Source: Macrostomum lignano (taxonomy: Eukaryota). Taken from it: a stretch of DNA of 64,000 bases. The number at the start of each line of letters is the position of its first letter. Position 1 is the first letter of the stretch. The notes under the pieces are model-generated. The model searched no databases, was not told the origin of the DNA, and worked only from the letters and a program-made list of their open reading frames with translations. A program made the translations under genes and the position numbers. Below are positions 24,208 through 34,531 of the stretch, one piece after another. Where the stretch lies: positions 434,001 through 498,000 of the forward strand of contig NIVC01000237.1 in NCBI GenBank assembly GCA_002269645.1. The letters are read 5' to 3'.

Positions 24208-25599
24208 TCACTGCTCTGCGAAACGGATTGAATCTGGAATTTTTGAAAGGCCTCAATTGGTGAGCTTCGATGTGTATCCAAACGCTAAAAAACTTAATCG
24301 TCGGTAGGCAAATGAAAAGCTACAGCTTAGAGTAGTCTTGTGACCTAGTTTGAACGAATTAATGAACGGCGCAGTTTAATTTTAGTCGGAGAGCTACTGA
24401 AAACTCTGCAGGTATTAAAATTATACATTTTACTAATGAAATTAACAGACGAATTTGTCCTTTTGGTAAGGTGAACAATTAAATTACATTGTCTGTTAAA
24501 TTCAATAAATAACTCACTGAATCTATGACGTATCTGTAGTTGAAGACAAAATATATGCTTTAATAGGTGGTACAGCAAAAGAAGAGAAGTAAATTTACCT
24601 TCTGCTATATATTAGCAGAACACATAGACGCACTTAGAGCGAATTTACAAGTACCTGTTTCGGTGTTTTCGAGAACAATGCTATATAGACCATAAAACTA
24701 GTTTGTCAGAGATCGTCTACTAATAAGTAGAAAGTGTGGAGTGTGTAGCGGAAAGCTTGCTAGGCGAGAGTGCAGAGTATAAAAAGAGGTTCTGCTCAGC
24801 CTAGCTATTGGGTGGAGTCTAGCATTGGGCAGGCCGGCTGAGGGTCGAGGAACTCTCTAGGGACAGAAACCAGTCCTTGCAGCATCAGCCGGGTTCGATT
24901 CCAATTTTATCTAGGTGGTGTACACTATTTCACGCTAATAGCTTTCTAGAGTATTATATACATCAGAACTCTTATAACTTCCTTGAGAAGGTATGATATA
25001 ACTCAAGGTCAAATTTATATTGGCCTAAAACGTTTGATAGAAGCAAAAGTGATTGTTCTGAGAGAAGAGTGCCAAAAAACAATCAGGAAACTTTGGCAGT
25101 GTTGGCGCTTTAACAAAATATTACTGTCAGGAAATTTTGAGCACATACTCGCTTTACTAGAGGCTTACGCATTTTCAAATGAAACAAAAAACAACAGGAA
25201 AAGTTAACAATTCAATTGTCGAACATGCATAGCAAAAATCAAAAGAGGCATTTAAAGACCAGCCTGAAATACACCAATAATTTCATCTCTGACCATGACA
25301 GACGTTTCTTGCCAAACTCGAGTCTAAATAAACGCCGATCGTACGTGGCACGTTTTTGAGCCATGTCAGTCGGCAACGGGGGTATTAAATTCTGCAATCT
25401 ACGATTGCCCTAGACACTAAGATTCGGTTCCGTCAATAACTATGATTACTTTATGGCACGAAATCGTGCCATCCGTCTTCTGCCGGTTAATACAGCAGGC
25501 TGCAGGACTGGACAATTGGCTGGTCATCCAAATGTCTTGAAGGTCTGATTCTGTTTGTTTCAAGGATCGCAGAGAATGGCTGGACTTAATAAAAACTGC

Positions 25600-26718
25600 T
25601 TAAGCTCTGCGAAGACATTGAATACAAGCCTGCTTGTTCGGAATGTGTTCCGCTTCTGCTACAGCCAACGGTGTCCTGTAGCCCTCAACACCATCACACT
25701 CGCTGTCGATATACTCAGGATCAGCTCCATGCTCCATTAACAGAGAAATCAGCTCGGGGTTTCCCGCTCTCACCGCAAAGTGCAGAGCCGTCAGACAGGT
25801 CGAGTGCTGCTTGAAGTCAACATCAACTGACCCGTTCTCCAGCAACAACTTGCAAAACTCGAAGCGGCCCATCTGAACGCCCAGCATCAACGGAGTCAAC
25901 AATCTGCTGTCTTTAAAGCAGGCATCAAAATTTAGCTTCAATCGAACATGACTTGAAAATTTCAGTAGGTTTTCAAACATTTCGACTTTTCCACATGATA
26001 GAATGTAGTGGAGTGGTGTGTTCTTCTTTTTATCTGTCATTTCAAGAGCATCTTTTATTTGTGAAATCACAATATCGGAACGCTTTATCAACAATCCAAA
26101 TAAAATCTGCCAGGAGACACCAAATCCATGTTTCGTGCACCTGTGAAACACATTACATCCGTCCAAATCGTAGCAACGATGTACCGACGTGGGGTCGAAG
26201 CTCAGGAGTCGCTCAAATACGTCAGCAAAGTCGCGACTGTTCAGATGCACTGCCAGCATCATCAACGTGTGCCCATACCGAGGATTTCTGTATCCAAGCA
26301 GTTTGTCCAGAGATCCAACTCGCTCAGCCTCATTCAGCATCATTTTCGCTGCAGCCCCATTGCCTGATTCCAGTGCTGCTTCGATCGGAATGTACCCAGT
26401 TCGATCAGGCCTAAACAGCATTGACGGGATCTGTCTGACAATCCACTCTACTGTGCTGCTAGCGTCACCTGACTCGGCATACTTTTCAAGGCCGAGCTTC
26501 ACAATGCCAGGGTACTCCGCGAACTCTTTCTGCACATTAGGTGGCATCTTACAGAATGTCTGCAGCACTTGGCCGGCCGACTGAACAGCCAACTGGTCCT
26601 GCGGGTTTGGGCCACTTTGAAGAGACGGCCACGTGTCAATGCTGTTGAAGACTCTCAACGCTGTTAAATCCTCCGTCGGCGCCTCAAGAAACGGTTGCCC
26701 GCCGAGTTTACTTGTCAT
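25600..26718 (-). CDS. Intronless ankyrin-repeat protein, array copy 4 (start probably ATG 26718, MTSKLGGQPF)
   Basis: Paralogous ORF. ATG 26718 aligns with the starts of copies 2 and 6; a strong acceptor-like TTTTTGTGTTCCAG lies just upstream. Confidence 0.88.
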   Translation of the reverse strand: MTSKLGGQPFLEAPTEDLTALRVFNSIDTWPSLQSGPNPQDQLAVQSAGQVLQTFCKMPPNVQKEFAEYPGIVKLGLEKYAESGDASSTVEWIVRQIPSMLFRPDRTGYIPIEAALESGNGAAAKMMLNEAERVGSLDKLLGYRNPRYGHTLMMLAVHLNSRDFADVFERLLSFDPTSVHRCYDLDGCNVFHRCTKHGFGVSWQILFGLLIKRSDIVISQIKDALEMTDKKKNTPLHYILSCGKVEMFENLLKFSSHVRLKLNFDACFKDSRLLTPLMLGVQMGRFEFCKLLLENGSVDVDFKQHSTCLTALHFAVRAGNPELISLLMEHGADPEYIDSECDGVEGYRTPLAVAEAEHIPNKQACIQCLRRA

Positions 26719-27017
26719 GATTCTGTTTAAAATTGTTTGGACACTCTGGAACACAAAAATTTTATTAAGGTTTCTATGGAGTATTTGATGACTCTACACA
26801 TGATTTTTACTAAGTTGATAATTATCTTTTGAAGCTTCTCTAGAGACTAAGAAAGGCTTGCATAAATTTTATTGCTGCTTTTTATAGATCGGTATTCTTA
26901 TATTTACATACCAAAATATTAAATTTCATAAAGTATTTTTTCAGAAATTTTTCTTAGAACGAAAAAAACATTCCTAAACATTCTAGGCATTAAGAATATT
27001 CCTAATAATAAAAATAT

Positions 27018-27236
27018 TTGATTAAACCTGCACTAATGGACAGTTGTGCAACTGACAGCTCAGCCACAGCTCTTGCGCAGGCACCACAGCTAATGCTGGC
27101 ACCCATTTTACAGCTGGGTGAACTGAAGCAATGCAGAGTTAAGTGCCTTGCTCAAGGACACAAATTGTGCCGGTTAAATCGGGAATCGAACCCCCGAACT
27201 TCAAGTCGTGAGTCTGACACTTTAACCACTAGGCTA
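27018..27236 (-). mobile_element. tRNA-derived SINE, internally deleted copy
   Basis: Same head and TGTGTCCTTGAGCAAG...AAAATGGGTGCCAGC core as the full copy at 29042. Confidence 0.8.
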
Positions 27237-27667
27237 GAAGACGCCTGCACTTGTGAATTACGAGTACCTGTTTAGCGCTCGAATTCAGCCTGTTAATCTA
27301 AATAGAACTCAAAAATGAGTCAAATGACAGCTTCAAATTACAAAATAGAGTGAAATTTTCTAACATGAAAACTTAATTTGTAAAAACAGAATGGAACTTA
27401 ATCGAAACGTATGGCAACTTCAAGGATATAACTTATTGGAAGACAATGATTAAAACTAATTAATAACAAGCTGTCCAAAGTACAAAAAATGGATGCGACA
27501 AATGCAGTAGTTAAGAGATGCGTTAGACAAATCAATCACGAGTTAGCTGGCAAGCCAAAGCAGCGTTGATAGTTTCAGTACAAAAATCTCTTAATCTATA
27601 TTTAATAATTATCTGGATAGTCTAGCCATATACATTACAAATATATTATATTACTATTCTCATTACA

Positions 27668-28108
27668 TTACCTCAAGCAGTGAAGGCAGGCTAATCCGTT
27701 AGGGATCTCTTCAGTCAAAGCCTTGTCCAGAGGTGTCTTGTAATCAGTTAAGTTCTCGCATTCGCTGTCCCGAAAGTCGAAATCAGCGCCGTGCTCCATC
27801 AGCAGAGAAATCAGCTCAGGGTTTCCCGCTCTCACCGCAAAGTGCAGAGCTGTCAGACAGGTCGAGCGCTGCTTGAAGTGAACATCAACTGACCCGTGCT
27901 TTAGCAGCCACTTGCACACCTCAAACTGGCCCTTCTGCACTCCGATCATCAGAGGTGTCACACTTCTACTGCTTTCAAAACGCGAATCAAAATGGACAGA
28001 GATTTACGGCAGACAAAAAGTATAGTAAGCTTTTGAACATGCTAGCATTGCCTGACTTGGTGATGTAGTGCACTGCCGTCCATTTATTTTTGGAATCAGT
28101 CATTTCCA
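27668..28108 (-). pseudogene. 5'-truncated, frameshifted ankyrin copy 5 (3' part closely matches copy 6)
   Basis: LEMTDSKNKWTAVHYITKSG... then a 1-nt deletion near 28000 relative to copy 6; no N-terminal half upstream. Confidence 0.85.
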
Positions 28109-29041
28109 GAATTTGAACTTTTACGTTTTACGAGTATAATTTTGCATTTTTTTATATTTTAAAACCTTGCATTTTTTATCATCCTAGCTTTTACTTTTAT
28201 ATTCTGCAGACAATTTCTGCTTTTTAGAAAGAAAAATAACCAAGGCTGTCAATTTGATTGGGACATCCTCTTTTATGCAATTTTGAGCAGACAAATATAA
28301 GGCAGTCTATCAATAGCTTTTTCTTAACACCATATTCTGTAAGCCTGACATTCTTATAGATTTACACCCAAAATAAAGTAGTTCAATGATTTTTTGATAG
28401 CATCATCGGCAGAAATTACGAGATATATCGAATAAACCGGCTCATTTATCCGGTTCCACACGAACTAGATATTGTATTGAAATGAGGCTAAACGCCAAAC
28501 GTAAAACCACAGACACTAAAATTGTTTGGATGTTTCAAAGCACAAAGTTAAACATCAAAATAGCGTGGTATGACACTATAAGGAACCTCCCCTAAACCTT
28601 GACTTTAGTTAACACTTTAAGTCTTGACTTTTCAACAACATACATTGAGTCTCAGCTTTATTAAAAACTAAAGCAGATACAAAAAACACACTAAGGCGAC
28701 ACTAAACCAATATGTAATGTTAGCTTCTAATCTCTAATTTACAGGATGACAAAGACCTCCATGAAAAAACGAACACAACATAATCAGCTGGTATTGATAC
28801 GAATGTTTCCGTTTTGCTCTTCCTAAGCCGAGAACTAAGCAAATTTTAAACACGGGCTAGGAAGCTGTTCTCTTTTATCTGATTGACTGTGGCATAATCA
28901 AAAATGCGAGCCAGGAGTCGCCATCACAAATCCCAAATATCACAAACCCGAAAGTGCTAGCAACACCCAACCCTATTTTGGTTTTCGGAGTTATGATATT
29001 TCGGGCTTGTGAAATTTCGGGTTTATGGGAAGTGGGAAGTG

Positions 29042-29359
29042 AGGGAGTTGTAGCCTAGTGGTCGAAGCGTCGGACTCACGACTTGGAAGGTTGGGGTTCG
29101 ATTTCCTACTTCTACTGGAACAATTTGTGTCCTTGAGCAAGACACAACTCTGCATTGCTTCAGTTCACCCAGCTTTAAAATGGGTGCCAGCATTAGCTGG
29201 GGTAATTGAGGGTGTGTCGACCCCCCTCCCCCAGACCTTGGACTGAACAGCCGTACGCAGCCTTCAGATGCGCCGCGCAATAGCTGCGGCTGAGCTGTCG
29301 GTTGTACATCTGCCCATTAGGGCAGGTGTAATCAATTAGCATTTTTTGTATTATTACGA
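29042..29359 (+). mobile_element. Full-length tRNA-derived SINE with a conserved central core (resembles the Meta/MER6-type domain)
   Basis: A box TAGCCTAGTGG and B box GGTTCGATTTCC; core TGTGTCCTTGAGCAAGACAC...CACCCAGCTTTAAAATGGGTGCCAGC; TAT-rich tail; TSD TGGGAAGTG at 29033-29041 and 29360-29368. The core family name is from memory, not from a search. Confidence 0.82.
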
Positions 29360-30272
29360 TGGGAAGTGCTTATGGTGTTGTGATATTTCAGCTTTTGATG
29401 CCCCCGCAGCCACAGGGAGCATATATAGGTAGGCAACTAACAGCACAAAATTCCTCTATACTATTTCGGACCCGTTCTAGCTAGCGTCCTAAACTTGAGA
29501 CAAGTGCGAATAGTCGCACGCACAGTGCACAATTATGCACAATTTAAGCGGCACAAAATACCCATAACAAACGACTAAAATCTAGCTATCAGACGAATTA
29601 AATGTGACTCATTGCTACTGTTTCTATTCTGCTTGTTCAAACTTAATTGTTAGGCAGGGAAGCCAAAAATAATAAAAACTACTAAAGAGTAAAGCAGATA
29701 TTATAAAAGCATGCTCATAAATATACTTACACATTGTATTTGGACTTACGAACTCTGAAAAGCTGTTTTAATATTAACAGATTAGTATTAATTATGAACG
29801 TATGTAACCTACATATATATTACTCATGTATTTTACGGAGAGCTAACATAAACCAGCAAAGTATCAAGGATTGAAGAGTTCCTACCTGTTCAATATAAAA
29901 TCATAATGTAAGTATTTACAATGCGCTTAAAAAAACTTAAACTGATATATTATTCGCAAGAAAATGGGTTTTTTTAATGTCAATATTAAGAATGCTAGTG
30001 ACAGGATTAACTTGTAAAAATTAACTGAGATGTCAGCGAATAAATTCAGAACAAGCATTCGATCGCATCATACAGAACACTAATAAGCAATAATACGAGC
30101 TACAATCAGCAGAGAAATATACGCGACGGAATAAATTGACAACTGACAAGTTCGACGATGCTAAATAAACTCTCTCTGAGGCAAGGAAATCAACCGAAGT
30201 ACGTTTGTTTCCAGCAATACAATTGAAATAATCACGCCAATCAGTTCTGCAGCCGGGATGTATACACTGGAG

Positions 30273-31469
30273 TTACGACCTAACACAATTTGTCAGATCT
30301 CCAAACGCTCCGGGAGGCTGACATGGCTCAGCAACACTGGCTGACGAGCTTGCAGACCTCAAGCATTGAAGGCAGGCCAATCTGTTAGGGATCTCTTCAG
30401 TCAGAGCCATGTCCAGAGGTGTCTTGTAATCAGTTAAGTTCTCGCATTCGCTGTCCCGAAAGTCGAAATCAGCGCCGTGCTCCATCAGCAGAGAAATCAG
30501 CTCAGGGATTCCCGCTCTCACCGCAAAGTGCAGAGCTGTCAGACAGGTCGAGCGCTGCTTGAATTGAACATCAACTGACCCGTGCTCTAGCAGCCACTTG
30601 CACACCTCAAACTGGCCCTTCTGCACTCCGATCATCAGAGGTGTCACACTTCTACTGCTTTCAAAACGCGAATCAAAATCGACAGAAAGGTTTACGGTAG
30701 ACAAAAAAATGTTTAGGCTTTTCAACATGCCAACATTGCCCGAGTTGGCGATGAAGTGCAATGGCGTCCATTTATTTTTGGAATCAGTCATTTCCAGAGC
30801 CTTTTTAACTTCGCTGATACGAAAGTCCGGTTTCTTAACACTGATCAATAAACCAAAAATTATCTGAAGAGATACGGAAAACCCGAACTCCGTGCACCTG
30901 TGAAACACATTTCTTCCGTCAGTGTCGTAGCAGCGATATATTTGAGCCGGATCGAAGCTCAGGAGTCGCTCAAATACGTCAGCAAAGTCGCGACTGTTCA
31001 GATGCACTGCCAGCATCATCAACGTGTGCCCATACCGAGGACTTCTGTGTCCAAGCAGTCTGTCCAGAGACCCAACTCGCTCAGCCTCATTCAGCATCAT
31101 TCTCGCTGCAGCCCCTTTGCCTGATTCCAGTGCTGCTTCGATCGGAATGTACCCAGTTCGATCAGGCCTAAACAGCATTGACGGGATCTGTCTGACAATC
31201 CACTCTACTGTGCTGCTAGCGTCACCTGACTCGGCATACTTTTCAAGGCCGAGCTTCACAATGCCAGGGTACTCCGCGAACTCTTTCTGTACACTACGTG
31301 GCATCGCGCGAAACGTCTGCAGCACTTGGCCGGCCGACTGAACAGCCAATTCGTCGTGCGGGTCCGGGCCATTCAGAAGAGACGGCCACGTGTCAATGCT
31401 GTTGAAGGAATCCAGGGCGTCATCAGTTGGAGCCCTAAAAAATGGCTGCTCGCTGGGCTCCGAGGCCAT
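30273..31469 (-). CDS. Intronless ankyrin-repeat protein, array copy 6 (398 aa, short Ser-rich tail)
   Basis: Paralogous uninterrupted ORF. Confidence 0.9.
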   Translation of the reverse strand: MASEPSEQPFFRAPTDDALDSFNSIDTWPSLLNGPDPHDELAVQSAGQVLQTFRAMPRSVQKEFAEYPGIVKLGLEKYAESGDASSTVEWIVRQIPSMLFRPDRTGYIPIEAALESGKGAAARMMLNEAERVGSLDRLLGHRSPRYGHTLMMLAVHLNSRDFADVFERLLSFDPAQIYRCYDTDGRNVFHRCTEFGFSVSLQIIFGLLISVKKPDFRISEVKKALEMTDSKNKWTPLHFIANSGNVGMLKSLNIFLSTVNLSVDFDSRFESSRSVTPLMIGVQKGQFEVCKWLLEHGSVDVQFKQRSTCLTALHFAVRAGIPELISLLMEHGADFDFRDSECENLTDYKTPLDMALTEEIPNRLACLQCLRSASSSASVAEPCQPPGAFGDLTNCVRS

Positions 31470-32845
31470 CGCGACTTTCTGAAGCAGTCAATCAGCAAAT
31501 AAATTTGCAGCCTGTCTGGAACATGAACAGTTTTGCCGTAATGCCAACAATGAGCAGTCTTTGAGTACATTATTAGGTAAGAAGCTTAATCTAGGTATAT
31601 AGACTACTCTTTGGAATATATACAACAGTATTTTTTCCGGTTAAATATCTGGTTAATTATTATACGCCTAGGAAGGCAGTCAAATCTGGATCTGCAATCT
31701 GTTTAAGTCGAGCGGTTATTTGTTAGGTATATAGATTAAACTGAGTTGTTAGTACTTACTACACGGCGAGACGCCCAGACCTTACAGGGGGGACAGAAAG
31801 ACACAGGTAGATTGATTTACTCCGTTAACACGGGATTTACATCTGATATGGGGTATTCTTTGGGTTAAGCATCTGTTGTGTTTTACTTTGAAATAACAAA
31901 GTTTAATCTGGAGCTGGATCTAGTTCTTTAGACGGAGCTAGTTTCGGTTTTAAAACTATTTCTGAGAAGCCAATAGTCAATAACAAGCAAACTGATTTAC
32001 AAGCCAGCTCTCAAACGCACTGGCACCTCGGGAGGAAACTTGAAAAATGCAATGCGCGTGTATTTTATTTCAAGCAGTCTTCGCCATCCAACCCAAATCA
32101 TGAGGATTGAGTAGATGAGCAAATTCATCAGAGGATATGCAATTACTATTGACGTACGTACGGGTCCACCAGTGCAGGACAAAACAGGTCGTGTAATCAG
32201 CTACTGAAGCAACAATGAATATTGCTATTGAATGATACATGCTTTTAATGTTTCTACAAGGTAAAGTTAAACAAAGGTACTCTTACAATAGCTTGAATCA
32301 ATAAATCAAGTATACTGTGATAAGAAAGGAAAAATTAAATTCAGCATCTCAGCACCCTGTCAACAAGCCTTGTGTCATAAGGACCCCCTTCGAGTCTCCT
32401 ACTTTACTACGATAAAATCGACCCAGCGACGACCGAAGTTTTAAGGTGCATTTGGTGATGATAAGTAATAACATTAGATATTGTAGCAGAATACATCAAC
32501 GCGACTACACATAAATACAGTGCCGTGTGACTGTGTGAACAGGTTGAACTCTATTGAGGTCCTGTTGCCACAGAATTAAGAGTATTTAATCTTCACAAGA
32601 ATCAACACGTATAGATCAGGAAATCTAAACAAATAGAGCTAGGTACATGCAATGTACATGATAGACATTCAAAGCGCGTTTACATACAATACAATAGTTC
32701 AAGCTGCCTGATAATCACAACACACAAACGCACAAGCGTTGGGCAATTATAAACAAAACAGCTTGTTCTAACTTGTACTTTAGAACCTTTCACATTCACT
32801 ACTTGTAAGTAGTCTAGAATAGCAATTCAACAACTTCGCTACTCA

Positions 32846-34531
32846 TCAGGAGGTAGTGGCGGGAATAACAAGCTCCACGAGCTCGCCAGCTTCGATATCC
32901 AGTAGCACCTGCTTGATGACGCACCTGGAAGCATGGTCAGAGTCTGACAGAAGAGATATGGCCAGGAATACAGGGTCAGGTTCAGAATGAATGTAGCCTT
33001 CATCGGCCTTCAGATCTGGCGCGTACTGAATCAGCCGGCTGACGAACTGCTCAGACTTGGCCTTTTTGCCCAGCTGCTTGGAGAGCTCTTCGCGCCTTTC
33101 GGTGCCAAACAGTTGGAGGTCTTTGACAATCTTTTTATCTCTGAAGAATTCTGCGGGATCGCATTGCTGTTGTTGTTGCGGGATTGCTGGGTGGGGTAGT
33201 GACGAGGAAGAGGAGGCTGAGGCTGCATTGCCAGATGCAGACGCAGCGGAAGCAGGCAATGCAGGAGTTTGCGCTGGCACAGCTCTCGGCATTGAGTCCA
33301 CTGTATAGTTGTAGCTGCAGGCCAATGCACTGGGGTTAAGCGTGAGGTACTCAATACATTTATTTTTGTTTGGGATCACTTCTGTTTTGGCAATCTGCAG
33401 CGGCGTCTTGTAGCCCTCAAGCCTCTCGCAGTCCTCATCATAAAACTCTGCATCGGCTCCATGAGATCTGAGCAGGCCGATGAGGTCGTAAGAGCCCTGT
33501 TTGACTGCGAAATGCAGCGCAGTGAAGCAGGACACGGGCTGCTTTGCCGACACGTCTGCGCTGCCCTTCTCAAGCAGCCACTTGCAGGCGTCGTAGCGAC
33601 ATGATTCAACCGCAATCATCAGCGGCGTCTTGCTGTCGCTGGTCAGGAAGCGAGCATCGTAGTCAACTTGGAGAGCCTTACTTCTTGCGAACGAATCTAA
33701 AACGTTGAACATCTCGATGTCGCCAGCCTCGGCCATGTAGTGAATTGGAGTCTTATAGAACCGATCGGTCATGTCTAGCGCCTCTTTGATACTATGCTTA
33801 CTGATCTCCATGGAGTCCATCTCCAGAACAGCGTCTAGAATGATGCGGAAGGAGGTGGCATATTTGTCAACAGCGCAGCAGTGGAAGACATTGCGGCCGT
33901 GCGTGTCGTAGAACTGATAGATCTGAGTTGGGAAACTCTGCAGCAGATTAATGAGGATGTCCCTGCAGTTGGCGCTGTCAAAGTCAATTGCCAGCATTAG
34001 GAGAGTGTGCGCAGCCGAATTCCGGTGAGACAGGACAAATTTCTTCTGCGGTCCACTGCTGGCCAGCTCGATAAAGAATCTGCTGGCGTGTTGGTTCTTT
34101 TTGAGCAAGGCCCTGCCAAGCGGACTGTCCCGATAAGTTTGATTATCAACAGTTAACAGGTACTCTGGCGCCTCCCACATCAGCGACTCTATGGAACGAG
34201 TTGCACTGCCGCTGGACGCGTAGTTCAACAACAGAGCGCTGATTTTATCCTCGTAGCTAAACAGAGACTTCTGAATATTCGGTGGAAGAGCGCGGAACTT
34301 CCTAAGCTCGTCGGCGTGCTCCATAGTTGCGGGGGCATTGCTGGGAGCGGCTCTGGATGCCGGCGCTGCCCGACCATTGGCGGTGGCTGCACTTGGACGG
34401 GTCGACATGATGACACGAAAAGGTTCCGCCCGGTGTGTATCAGTACTGCTGGTTATCTTCCAGGACTGGGAAAGATTGCTGCTGCTGCCTGGACTGGGGG
34501 ATACTGCTGCTGCTGCTGCTTGGGCCTGCAT
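32846..34531 (-). CDS. Intronless ankyrin-repeat protein, copy 7, with Ala/Ser/Gln linker and putative C-terminal death-fold domain (561 aa)
   Basis: The ANK region is homologous to copies 1-6 (confident). The C-terminal ~95 aa has a helical pattern EELSKQLG...DPVFLAISLL...SRCVIKQVLLDIEAGELVELV resembling a death domain (tentative). Confidence 0.8.
   Translation of the reverse strand: MQAQAAAAAVSPSPGSSSNLSQSWKITSSTDTHRAEPFRVIMSTRPSAATANGRAAPASRAAPSNAPATMEHADELRKFRALPPNIQKSLFSYEDKISALLLNYASSGSATRSIESLMWEAPEYLLTVDNQTYRDSPLGRALLKKNQHASRFFIELASSGPQKKFVLSHRNSAAHTLLMLAIDFDSANCRDILINLLQSFPTQIYQFYDTHGRNVFHCCAVDKYATSFRIILDAVLEMDSMEISKHSIKEALDMTDRFYKTPIHYMAEAGDIEMFNVLDSFARSKALQVDYDARFLTSDSKTPLMIAVESCRYDACKWLLEKGSADVSAKQPVSCFTALHFAVKQGSYDLIGLLRSHGADAEFYDEDCERLEGYKTPLQIAKTEVIPNKNKCIEYLTLNPSALACSYNYTVDSMPRAVPAQTPALPASAASASGNAASASSSSSLPHPAIPQQQQQCDPAEFFRDKKIVKDLQLFGTERREELSKQLGKKAKSEQFVSRLIQYAPDLKADEGYIHSEPDPVFLAISLLSDSDHASRCVIKQVLLDIEAGELVELVIPATTS

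Noticed and set aside
24704-24925. Possible solo LTR (TG start, TATA-like box, TGTACA end)
   Set aside because: The flanks do not form a TSD and there is no second copy in the window.
17341-31570. Plus-strand ORFs overlapping the ankyrin genes
   Set aside because: They are antisense shadows repeated because the underlying genes are paralogous; no independent motifs.
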